From: Candidatus Nezhaarchaeales archaeon
GTDB taxonomy: Archaea > Thermoproteota > Methanomethylicia > Nezhaarchaeales > WYZ-LMO8
Reading direction: 5' to 3'
Assembly: GCA_036786905.1 (NCBI GenBank)
Contig: DAIQQE010000001.1
Coordinates: forward strand, 11,110 to 68,234
Length of the DNA stretch: 57,125 nt
Under the pieces are notes generated by a model, which searched no databases, was not told the DNA's origin, and was given only the letters and a program-made list of their open reading frames with translations. Positions 8,298 to 16,807 of this stretch are shown here, in pieces (the first letter of the stretch is position 1; every line of letters starts with the position of its first letter). Position numbers and translations under genes: made by a program.

Positions 8298-9728
8298 TCA
8301 TGGAGAACCGCCTCTGCGGGCCCTCGCGAGCTCCTCGACCCTCTTCAGCCCCCACATTAGGAGGGCCTCGGCCACCCCACGCTCCTCTGACTCGGCGTAC
8401 ACCCTCACGACGGGCTCAGTGCCCGAGGGCCTTATCAAGACCCACCCCTTCTCGGTGATGAACTTCGCCCCATCGATCCTGCAGACCCCCTTCACGCGAA
8501 GCCCCGCTATGCTCTCGGGCTCGAGTTCGACGAGGAGCTCTCGGAGCTCTTGGGGCCTCTCGACGTCGACCTTCCCCCTCGCGCTGTGCATCAGCTTGAG
8601 CCCCTTGCCCACCTCGCGGATGAGCTCTTCGAGCCTCCTCTTGCCAGAGAGCGCTAGGGCCTCGACTATGTACAAGCACGTCAACACCCCGTCCTTCTCC
8701 GGGACGTGCCACTTATACCCGAAGCCGCCGCTCTCCTCGCCGCCTACAACCGCTTCGCCCATAAGCAGGTATGGCGCTATGTTCTTGAAGCCAACGGGCA
8801 CCTCGTAGACCCTCAGCCCGTTCTTGGCGGCTATCTCGTCGACCATGTGAGTCGTCGCGACGGTCCTCACGACCCCTCCCCTCACCCCCTTGTCGAGCAT
8901 GTGCGTGAGCAGTACCGGGAATAGAGCGTTCGGGGTTATGTGCGTCTCAGAGTAGGCGGACGCTCTATCTCCATCGCCGTCGGTCGCGAGCCCCACGTCG
9001 ACGCCCTCCATGAAGTCCTGCATGTCTCGGATGGACTCGGGCAGTGTCGGGTCGGGCGTAAGGCCCCCGAAGCTCGGGTCCTTCTCGCAACGCATGCGCT
9101 TGACCTCGCACCCCAACCTCCTCAAGGCCTCGTCTAACACACCCGAGACAGAGCCGTGCAGGGGGTTGACCAAGACCCTCAGACGGGCCCTCCGAATCGC
9201 GTCTCTATCGACGAGCGACGAGATCCAGTCTAAGTACTCCTCTCTAAAGTCCACGTAAGCCACTAGCCCCTTCTTGTCAGCCTCCCCGATGCTCAGGGTC
9301 CTGACCTCCGCCTTGGCTATTAGGGCCTCGATCTCCCGAGTTACCTCCGTCGAGGCTGGGCCGCCGTAATGGGGTATGAACTTCATCCCGTTGTAGTCGG
9401 GGGGGTTATGGGAGGCCGTGATCATGATGGCGCCCCCGGCCCTCAGACTAACGGTCGCGAACGCGACGAGGGGTGTCGGGACGTCCGTGGCGGTTATGTA
9501 GACTGGCACGCCGTTCCCTGCGAGGACCTCTGCGCATGCCTTGGCGTATTCTTTAGAGCCCCTCCGGGAGTCGTAACCGACTACGACTCCGCGTCTAGCG
9601 AGCCCCCTGCTGATGACGTAGTCAGCTATCGCTTGAGCTACGGCCTTGACGTTGTTGATGGTAAAGTCGACGTTCATCAGGCCCCTCCAGCCGTCCGTGC
9701 CAAACCTTATTGGCAAGCTCATCACCAT
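8298..9728 (-). CDS. Phosphoglucomutase/phosphomannomutase (alpha-D-phosphohexomutase)
   Basis: The phosphoserine loop is TASHNPPDYNG, the metal loop is DGDGDR, and the sugar loop is GGEESGG. 476 aa. The TATA position suggests translation may begin at Met3 (ATG 9722). Confidence 0.9.
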   Translation of the reverse strand: MVMSLPIRFGTDGWRGLMNVDFTINNVKAVAQAIADYVISRGLARRGVVVGYDSRRGSKEYAKACAEVLAGNGVPVYITATDVPTPLVAFATVSLRAGGAIMITASHNPPDYNGMKFIPHYGGPASTEVTREIEALIAKAEVRTLSIGEADKKGLVAYVDFREEYLDWISSLVDRDAIRRARLRVLVNPLHGSVSGVLDEALRRLGCEVKRMRCEKDPSFGGLTPDPTLPESIRDMQDFMEGVDVGLATDGDGDRASAYSETHITPNALFPVLLTHMLDKGVRGGVVRTVATTHMVDEIAAKNGLRVYEVPVGFKNIAPYLLMGEAVVGGEESGGFGYKWHVPEKDGVLTCLYIVEALALSGKRRLEELIREVGKGLKLMHSARGKVDVERPQELRELLVELEPESIAGLRVKGVCRIDGAKFITEKGWVLIRPSGTEPVVRVYAESEERGVAEALLMWGLKRVEELARARRGGSP

Positions 9729-10007
9729 TCATGTGCCCCGAGATAATTGGGGCTTTGCCGGGCATTAAAAACTAGTCTAATCCACAGGGCCTCGCCCACG
9801 TCATTCACCTCACCACCTTGTTGAGCCCGTTCCATCCTACTTTCAGCTAATGCCGCCTACTACCTATGACATGGAGGGGCGTGCCGGACAGCGCTTCGGC
9901 AGCTCGGCATCGAGTCAGCTTGCGTTTTGCACGCTAAAGCCGCGCGGCCTCTGACGGATGAGGTCGCGAGAAAAAGTTAATATTAGGGTTAACAGTTGCA
10001 GTCGGGC

Positions 10008-10051
10008 ACTCGAACGATGTGGACGGTGTACTCGAACGATGTAAACGGTGT
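10008..10051. repeat. Two tandem 22-bp direct repeats in a long intergenic region
   Basis: actcgaacgatgtggacggtgt (10008..10029) is followed immediately by actcgaacgatgtaaacggtgt (10030..10051). They are identical at 20 of 22 positions. Confidence 0.85.
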
Positions 10052-10180
10052 CGGAGCTTACGACGACGGAGCCGATGCCGTCTCAACCACGAAGTCGATG
10101 AGTGAGGTGGTGCGTTCGACCGCTCGATTCCGATGTTCATATGCTCAAGGTAGTGTTGATGGTGTGTCGGGTGAGGCGCG

Positions 10181-10975
10181 ATGTTTCGAGAGACCGTGAA
10201 GAAGGACCTGCCGGTGATGGTCTTTTCGAAGGGTCGTGTCTTCGGGGAGCTTTGCGTTAGATGTCGCGCACTCCCCTACGCTTTGAGCAAGATCCTCGAG
10301 GTCTTGGAAAGGCGCAGGATCCGCGTTCAAAATCTCATCGCTTACAGCGGAAACGACGAAGACGTCTCGCTTATCTTAGTTGACCTGACCGAGGCCCTCG
10401 ACAGCGTGAGCGTCGTCGTCGACGAGGTGAGAGCCTTGCCGGACGTCGTGAAAGTGGACTTCTCAGGCCCCCAGTTCGACTATGCCTGCGGAGTCCTTGG
10501 CTTCCCCGTGACCACTTCAAAGACCGAAGAGGTCATGGTGGTTGCGCTCAGGTGCCTTGTCGAGATGTTCCAAGGGGTTAAGAAGTGCTTCGGCTCTTCG
10601 GGCGAGGTCTTTCTGTGGTACTTGGCTAGGGAGCTCGGGAGCAGCACTGCCAAACTGTTGGACGAGAGGGTCGAGGGACTAGATGCGGAGGAAAGGGTCA
10701 AGGCGCACTTGGCCCTCTTATCCTCTGCCGGATGGGGGATCTTTGAGCTCAAGAGGGTCGATGTGGCCAGAGGGCTCATCGAGGTTAGGGCCAGAGACGC
10801 TTTCGAGATAAGGCATAGGAAGGGCTCGAGCGAGACGCCTCAGTGCCTGTTCATGAAGGGCTACCTAGCTGGAATGGTGGGCGCTCACTTGAGGGTCAAG
10901 GGGGTCAGGGTGGAAGAGGTCTCTTGCGAAGCCAGAGGAGACGACGCGTGCTCGTTCGTCTGCCGCCTCGGATGA
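10181..10975 (+). CDS. V4R-domain protein with an ACT-like N-terminal half (predicted small-molecule sensor)
   Basis: The C-terminus CLFMKGYLAGMVGAHL...CEARGDDACSFVC is typical of the V4R (4-vinyl reductase) domain. The N-terminal part resembles an ACT fold (LSKILEVLERRRIRVQNLIAYSG). The start is uncertain, and ATG 10217 is an alternative. Confidence 0.55.
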   Translation: MFRETVKKDLPVMVFSKGRVFGELCVRCRALPYALSKILEVLERRRIRVQNLIAYSGNDEDVSLILVDLTEALDSVSVVVDEVRALPDVVKVDFSGPQFDYACGVLGFPVTTSKTEEVMVVALRCLVEMFQGVKKCFGSSGEVFLWYLARELGSSTAKLLDERVEGLDAEERVKAHLALLSSAGWGIFELKRVDVARGLIEVRARDAFEIRHRKGSSETPQCLFMKGYLAGMVGAHLRVKGVRVEEVSCEARGDDACSFVCRLG

Positions 10976-10989
10976 TTGCGCCGTTTTCC

Positions 10990-12372
10990 TCAGCCTAGCC
11001 TCTTGAAGACCGCGTACATGAAGGGCGCTAAGTAGGAGAGCGACCACAACGCCAGCACGACGTAGGACTTCGAGATGGCCATGATTAACGTCGAGAGGAG
11101 GAGCAGCGAGAAGAACAGCTCGGACCTCGGCAAGGCCTTCAAGGTCCTTTTGTTGGGCCCCTTGGGCGTCACCCTCCAAGTGTAATTGGCTTTAAACAAG
11201 GGCTTTATCGACGATAAGAGGACCTCGAAGGCCATGGCTATGGTCAGGGCCGACGACCTACCTAGGAGCCTAATCCTCCGGACTAGGCTGTGAGCTATCG
11301 AGGTCCTTCTTGAGAGGCTGAAGGCGTACGAGATCAGCAATGCCGCCCCAATGCCTAACAGGGGCAACAATGGCAGGAGAGGGGGCTCTCCTCCGAGAAG
11401 GACCAGCAATGGCAACGCCATGATCGATAGCCCCGTCAGCGCCAGTCCCCAGTACTGGGTCAAGTATATGAACAAGCCGATCTTCTCGAGTGGGCTCAGT
11501 CTCGAGGCGGCAATAGCTCCGGCGTGCTTCAAGAGTACTTGGGTCACGCCGTAGGCCCACCGCTTCTGTTGCTCCTTGAGGACGCTGTAGGTGGATGGGT
11601 GTTCAACCCACACGGGCACGTCATCGTTGTACACTACCCTGTAGCCCCTAAGTCTGAACCTGACCCCTAGCTCCACGTCCTCCGTCAGACACCTCTCATC
11701 CCACTTCCCAACGCTTAAGAGGGCCTCTCTCCTTATGATGCAAGCGCTGCCTACGAGGATTGAGCTCCCAAACATCGCCTGAAGCCCTTTGAAAAGCATG
11801 CCCGTGAACAGGCTCCATCCGAAGCTCACGGCCTCGGAAATCGGGCTTTCCTTGGCGTTGAGCGGCTCAAACCTCACTACAACGGCCGCGACGTCGTCGG
11901 ATTCGTACAGAGATGGCAAAGCCTTAACTAAGAAGTCTGGTGGCAGTATGGTGTCGACGTCTAACGCTACGACCACGTCGCTTTCAATGTTCAGGGCCTC
12001 GTTGAGCGCCCCAGCCTTGAAACCCTTGGGCTCCTTTCTGTGCACGAGCACTACTTCCAGGTCCTTCCGGGCCCTCTCGCACACCCCTTCAATGGGCTTG
12101 GGGTCCTCGTCGTCGCAGACCACGACCACCTTGATCTTGTCCTTGGGGTACCTGAGGCGCTTGATCGAAGCCAAAGCCCTTTCTAGGAGGAGAGGCGGCT
12201 CCCTCCTCACGGGGATGTGAAAGGCGACCGTCGGCGTCTCTAGAAGGTAGCCCTTTGGGGTCGAGTACTTGGAGGCGGCCCTAGAGAGCCACAAGTGGTG
12301 GCTCAAGTAGGTGAGCTCTACCAATATCAGTAGCGACAGTAGGGCCAGCGACGCTATCGACGCCACTTCCAT
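10990..12372 (-). CDS. Membrane-embedded processive family-2 glycosyltransferase (cellulose/chitin/hyaluronan-synthase-like)
   Basis: Acidic motifs are VVCDDED and ALDVD (DxD-type), plus TED, and QQKRW at 11557..11571 (the QxxRW signature). Hydrophobic segments lie at both the N- and C-termini. Confidence 0.8.
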   Translation of the reverse strand: MEVASIASLALLSLLILVELTYLSHHLWLSRAASKYSTPKGYLLETPTVAFHIPVRREPPLLLERALASIKRLRYPKDKIKVVVVCDDEDPKPIEGVCERARKDLEVVLVHRKEPKGFKAGALNEALNIESDVVVALDVDTILPPDFLVKALPSLYESDDVAAVVVRFEPLNAKESPISEAVSFGWSLFTGMLFKGLQAMFGSSILVGSACIIRREALLSVGKWDERCLTEDVELGVRFRLRGYRVVYNDDVPVWVEHPSTYSVLKEQQKRWAYGVTQVLLKHAGAIAASRLSPLEKIGLFIYLTQYWGLALTGLSIMALPLLVLLGGEPPLLPLLPLLGIGAALLISYAFSLSRRTSIAHSLVRRIRLLGRSSALTIAMAFEVLLSSIKPLFKANYTWRVTPKGPNKRTLKALPRSELFFSLLLLSTLIMAISKSYVVLALWSLSYLAPFMYAVFKRLG

Positions 12373-12431
12373 GGTCCCGAGTATACTTTCTTCATGGCTC
12401 CAGACTTTAGCTGTTTCTCGTACCTAACTTC

Positions 12432-12710
12432 TCAGCCCTCCTTTACCCTGCTCCTCCAAGCGCTTTTGGGCTGATAAACCTTGTCCACGAACCAAACGCT
12501 CCTGCCGCCGATGACCCTATAGTGGTACTCGCTCTTGAAGCGCGTTATTTCATTTCTGTACTCGTCGAACCTCTTGAAGACCCTGACCTCCGTGTCCCTC
12601 CTCCGGACCCTGTTCTTGCAGATGGGGCATTGATATATTCTAGTCAAGGTGAAGAACTTCGAGCCGCAGTTGCCGCAGTTGTACTCATGGATTTTAATGA
12701 CGTAGTTCAC
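12432..12710 (-). CDS. Small zinc-ribbon protein, function unknown
   Basis: 92 aa with CGNCG...CPICK (two CxxC pairs). It is basic and sits in an A/T-rich island. Confidence 0.45.
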   Translation of the reverse strand: MNYVIKIHEYNCGNCGSKFFTLTRIYQCPICKNRVRRRDTEVRVFKRFDEYRNEITRFKSEYHYRVIGGRSVWFVDKVYQPKSAWRSRVKEG

Positions 12711-13072
12711 AGCACCACCTCAGGAGAGGTAGCAGGGTCAAATGAAGGTGTGCGATGAAATGTTTTTGACTTTACGTGAAAACTCTGTTTAAAGGCCTCT
12801 GATACCAAAGCGGACGTCCCTCAAATAAACTCTGCAATAGTCGAAAAATAGTTATCGAGAAAGCTCCTTGAGAGAGTCTCAGGTTTTTACGACCTCTGGC
12901 AGAGCCCTCCTTTTAAGCGTCTTGGTGCATATTCGGCAAGCCGTTGACGAGCGCGAGCGATTCTTCGACTCCTAGCGAGTAGGTCCTAGCCCCTTCATTT
13001 GCGATATCGGCTTGAGAGTGAAGATGTCGCATGAGGTCTGACCGTGAGCAGGATGTCGCGCCGTGACCTGCG

Positions 13073-13306
13073 CTAGTATTCGTAGACGCGGTCCCTGCGT
13101 TTTGGCGAGTGCCTTGACTGTATGTAAGCCACCCTCCGAGGGCCACTGCTCTCCGACCGGTCGTAGAGCTCCTTTTTGAGGAGCTCCCTAAGGGCGACCC
13201 TTATGGCTTCGCTCCTTGAAGGATACATCCCTGACCTGACTAGCTCGTCGAGCTCCCTCAAGTAGGCTTCCGGGATTTTGACGGTTATTATCCTCACCGC
13301 TATCAC
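13073..13306 (-). CDS. Ribbon-helix-helix (CopG/NikR-N-like) DNA-binding protein
   Basis: ITVKIPEAYLRELDELVRSGMYPSRSEAIRVALRELL is a textbook RHH pattern. 77 aa. Confidence 0.65.
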   Translation of the reverse strand: MIAVRIITVKIPEAYLRELDELVRSGMYPSRSEAIRVALRELLKKELYDRSESSGPRRVAYIQSRHSPKRRDRVYEY

Positions 13307-13590
13307 GCCACCTCATTGAGTCGTAGGTGGTGCTCCTCGATAATAAGGATAGGTTGAAATCTTGACCTTCACGTTGACGGGTTCTTCGGGGACGGGGTTT
13401 AAATGTCCTTGGTAATGACGCGTCGAGGAAGAGGATTGGCCAAGCCTCAACGCGTTACCGGTCACCCGAAGTCGTCGTTTAAGAGGTTCCTAGAGCAGTG
13501 GTGAGGCCGTCGGCGTCTTTCTCTCAATAAAGCTTATAATGGATTGACGCTGAAGCTAAAGCTTGTGTTGAGCTGAACCGGTGGTAGCTG

Positions 13591-15063
13591 TTGAGGCCTC
13601 TGAAGAGTACAAAGAGCTTGTGTCCTGAATGCCTCCAAGTGGTGGATGCGCTAGTATACGAAGACGGCGGGCGCGTGTACATAGCCAAGTCGTGTCCGCA
13701 ACACGGAGATTACACCGACGTTTACTGGAGCGACTACGAGCTCTATCGCGAGGCCGAGAAGTGGGGGGTCATCGGTGGCGGCGTCTCAAACCCTCAGAGG
13801 AGGAGGGAGAGGGGCTGTCCCTATGACTGCGGCTTGTGCGAGAACCACAGGACGTGCACGGTGTTGGGCATAATAGACGTCACCAATCGCTGTAACCTCA
13901 ACTGCCCCATATGCTTCGCCCACGCCGGAGCCGTCGGCTACCTCTACGAGCCGAGCCCAGAGCAGGTGAGGCAGATGCTGAAGAACCTCAGGAGCGTCAA
14001 GCCGATACCGCCGACGGCCCTCCAGTACTCGGGCGGAGAGCCGACCGTAAGGAAGGACCTTCCAGAGCTCGTGGCCATGGCCAAGGAGGAGGGCTTCAGG
14101 CACGTGGAGGTCAACAGCAACGGAGTGGTGTTGGCGAAGAGCTTGGAGTACTACAAGAGCTTGCTAGACGCGGGCATGTCGACCATCTACCTACAGTTCG
14201 ACGGCTTGACGGACGACATATACGTCAAGACCAGAGGGGTTCCGCTATTGAACGTTAAGTTCAAGGTCATAGAGAATGCGAGGAAGCTGAAGCACGACTC
14301 CATAGTCTTGGTGGTAACCCTGGTCAGAGGCGTTAACGACCACCAAGTGGGCGACATAATGAGGTTCGCGGCCAAGAACTGCGACGTGATTCGAGGAGTG
14401 AACGTCCAGCCAGTTTCCATAACCGGCAGGATCAACAGGGCCGAGCGGGAGAAGATGAGGATAACGATACCCGACTTCATGAGGCTCTGCGAGGAGCAGA
14501 CCAACGGCGCCATCAAGGTCTCTGACTTCAGGCCCGTGCCCTGGCCAGTGGCAATGGCCAAGGCCGTGGGGGTTCTCAAGGGCAAGAGCTATCCAGAGTT
14601 CACGGCCCATCCCCACTGCGGCGTCGCGACCTTCGTATTGGTAGAGGGCGGCGAAATGGTGCCGATCACGAGATACGCCGATGTCGACAAAATGGTCGAG
14701 GACTTCTGGGAAGTCTACAAGCTAGCATCCGAGGGAAAGAGGGTAAGGGCTTACCTCAAGTTGATGAGGATTTCTGGCCGAGTTAGGGGCAAGCTCAAGA
14801 GACGCTTGTTGAGCGTGTTGATCAGGGGATCGTATGACGCGCTGGGGCGGCTTATGAGGGAGATGGTGTTGGTGGGGTGCATGCACTTCATGGATCCCTA
14901 CAACTTCGACCTCGAGAGAGTCGAGAGGTGTTGCATCCACTACGCCCTGCCAGACGGCACCATAAGGCCCTTCTGTAGCTATAACAGCATCCACAGGCCG
15001 GTGGTCGAGAAGGCCCTAAGCGTCCCTTACCCCGTCAGGGCCGAGAGCGCCGGTCATGGCTAA
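13591..15063 (+). CDS. tes: Radical SAM enzyme of the tetraether lipid synthase (Tes / GDGT-MAS) type
   Basis: The N-terminal rubredoxin-like site is SLCPEC...SCPQHG. An auxiliary motif is CPYDCGLCENH, and the radical SAM motif is CNLNCPICFA. 490 aa. The assignment is from remembered family architecture, not from a search. TTG start. Confidence 0.55.
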   Translation: MRPLKSTKSLCPECLQVVDALVYEDGGRVYIAKSCPQHGDYTDVYWSDYELYREAEKWGVIGGGVSNPQRRRERGCPYDCGLCENHRTCTVLGIIDVTNRCNLNCPICFAHAGAVGYLYEPSPEQVRQMLKNLRSVKPIPPTALQYSGGEPTVRKDLPELVAMAKEEGFRHVEVNSNGVVLAKSLEYYKSLLDAGMSTIYLQFDGLTDDIYVKTRGVPLLNVKFKVIENARKLKHDSIVLVVTLVRGVNDHQVGDIMRFAAKNCDVIRGVNVQPVSITGRINRAEREKMRITIPDFMRLCEEQTNGAIKVSDFRPVPWPVAMAKAVGVLKGKSYPEFTAHPHCGVATFVLVEGGEMVPITRYADVDKMVEDFWEVYKLASEGKRVRAYLKLMRISGRVRGKLKRRLLSVLIRGSYDALGRLMREMVLVGCMHFMDPYNFDLERVERCCIHYALPDGTIRPFCSYNSIHRPVVEKALSVPYPVRAESAGHG

Positions 15064-15919
15064 AGGAAGTCTGTTGAGGGGGCTGGCAAGGGGGATAGTG
15101 CCGCCCGACTTGCTGGGGCTAGTGCCGAGGGGCTTCGAGGTCGTAGGGGACATAGCGATCCTGAACCTGCCGAGGGAGCTCGAGGAATACAGGTTCGAGA
15201 TAGCAGAGGCGCTCCTCGACCGCTTGAGGCCTCGGATAAGGCTCGTAGCCAGGAGGGCGTCGCCGGCGAGGGATCCGGAGAGGGTCCATGCGTACGAGGT
15301 CTTGGCAGGCTCTGGAGGGTTCGAGACGCTACACAGGGAGAGCGGTTGCGTCTTCAAGGTAGACATATCGAGGGCCTTCTTCTCCTCCAAGCTCCAATAC
15401 GAGAGGGCCAGGATAGCCGGCTTGGTCAGGCCAGGCGAAGTAGTGATAAACATGTTCGCAGGCGTCGGGCCGTTCTCGATAGTCATAGCGAAGAAGGTCC
15501 CGAACGTTAAGGTGTACTCGATAGACGTAAACCCCGAGGCCTACAAGCTCATGGTTGAGAACATAAGGTTGAATAAGGTCGAGGACAAGGTGGTGCCGCT
15601 CTTGGGCGACGCGGCCGAAGTCATAGACGTCTACAACCTCAAGGACGTGGCGGACAGGGTCCTAATGCCCTCGCCAGAGCATGCCGTGAACTACCTGGCC
15701 AAGGCCGTCGAGACCCTAAAGGTTCGCGGCGTCATCCACTACTACGACGTCGCGCCCCGCGCGAGGGCCCTCCACGAGTACGTGCTTAAGAGGGTCTCGC
15801 AGATCCTCAACGGCGCAGGAGCTAAGTGGAGGGTAGAGAGCGTCAGGGAGATAAGGTCAGTTGCCCCCTCCAAGACCTACGTATGTGCCGACATCTCCTT
15901 AGACAAGGGGGGCGGCTGA
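15056..15919 (+). CDS. trm5: Met-10+/Trm5-family SAM-dependent tRNA methyltransferase (Trm5/Taw22-like)
   Basis: Motifs are FEVVGDIAILNL, VINMFAGVGPFSI (SAM binding) and LMPSPE (the NPPY-equivalent region). 287 aa. ATG 15056 overlaps the preceding stop by 8 bp. Confidence 0.7.
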   Translation: MAKGSLLRGLARGIVPPDLLGLVPRGFEVVGDIAILNLPRELEEYRFEIAEALLDRLRPRIRLVARRASPARDPERVHAYEVLAGSGGFETLHRESGCVFKVDISRAFFSSKLQYERARIAGLVRPGEVVINMFAGVGPFSIVIAKKVPNVKVYSIDVNPEAYKLMVENIRLNKVEDKVVPLLGDAAEVIDVYNLKDVADRVLMPSPEHAVNYLAKAVETLKVRGVIHYYDVAPRARALHEYVLKRVSQILNGAGAKWRVESVREIRSVAPSKTYVCADISLDKGGG

Positions 15920-16192
15920 TCAGACAACCCTCCTAGCCCTGCGGACTACGACTTGGTCTATGCTCCTTATGGCAACGCTGTTCTCAGCAATTATCTTGGC
16001 CACCTCCTCAAAGTCTATGTTCTGACCGATCACGGTTATCTTGACGGTCTCGGTCTTTGCGTCCACCTCGGTAACGACCACGTCGACCTCCTTCACCCCT
16101 CTGACCGAGCATATGGCCTTAGAGAGCTCAGTTATCGGTATCTCCCTCGGCTTCAAGGCATCTATCAAGAGCTTCTTTATCACCACTGACAA
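15920..16192 (-). CDS. DUF211-family protein
   Basis: IKKLLIDALKPREIPITELSKAICSVRGVKEVDVVVTEVDAKTETVKITVIG matches the remembered DUF211 pattern. It lies directly downstream of a VIT/TIGR00267-like membrane gene, which is the usual archaeal pairing. TTG or GTG start. Confidence 0.65.
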   Translation of the reverse strand: MSVVIKKLLIDALKPREIPITELSKAICSVRGVKEVDVVVTEVDAKTETVKITVIGQNIDFEEVAKIIAENSVAIRSIDQVVVRRARRVV

Positions 16193-16210
16193 GGCGAGCG
16201 CACCCGAACA

Positions 16211-16807
16211 CTAGATGTGTGCTCCCAACAAGACTATAACTATTGCTGAGACCACTCCCGCGAGGACCATGAACGCCATGTATTCGAAGGGCCTCCTGCT
16301 AGCTATCCTGCTCAGGAAATAGCCCAGAGCGACCAATAGGGCCGTGCCTATGGAGAGCGAGGCGAGGGCCGCCACGGCGAAGTCAATTACGAGCACGCAG
16401 GAGAGGGCGAAGGGGGTCGCCAGTATTGCGCAGGCCATTAACGGGGAGATCCCGTCGACTATCGAAACGACAAAGACGGCGAGCTTCGAAGACTTCTCGT
16501 ATATAGAGCCCCTCATGTCTTGGAACGTGGCCTCTTCTAGCTCGCGGAGCTTCTTCTCCCTCTCCGCCCTCTCGGTCAAGTAGGCCCCCCACATGCCCGA
16601 GATGAACATCGCCAGCCCAGCCGAGAGAACCGTCTTGATCACGGCCCTCGAGTCGACTATGCCAGACATCCACATGCCCATTATCACTCCAAGTGTCGCC
16701 AGAGCCCCGTCGAACATGTTCATGACGAAGTACCTCCTGCATATCTCGAGCGCCCCGCTAATCTTCAACATCTTCTCGAGGTCTTCTAACATCCAGCGCA
16801 ACTTCAA
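16211..16807 (-). CDS. VIT1/CCC1-like (TIGR00267-type) membrane protein
   Basis: The pattern RRYFVMNMFDGALATLGVIMG, followed by several hydrophobic helices. 198 aa. Confidence 0.65.
   Translation of the reverse strand: MKLRWMLEDLEKMLKISGALEICRRYFVMNMFDGALATLGVIMGMWMSGIVDSRAVIKTVLSAGLAMFISGMWGAYLTERAEREKKLRELEEATFQDMRGSIYEKSSKLAVFVVSIVDGISPLMACAILATPFALSCVLVIDFAVAALASLSIGTALLVALGYFLSRIASRRPFEYMAFMVLAGVVSAIVIVLLGAHI

Noticed and set aside
9934-10199. Two overlapping short ORFs (68 aa minus, 67 aa plus) in the 450-bp intergenic region.
   Set aside because: Their compositions are implausible (R/H/S-rich, or without hydrophobic-core periodicity). They have no promoter geometry and they overlap each other. 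The region is treated as non-coding.
12752-12802. C/D-like arrangement (GCGATGA ... GTGAAAA ... CTGA) in the A/T-rich island.
   Set aside because: The C box is non-canonical, there is no D' box, and the second guide would be 16 nt instead of about 12. It is probably a chance match in A/T-rich sequence.
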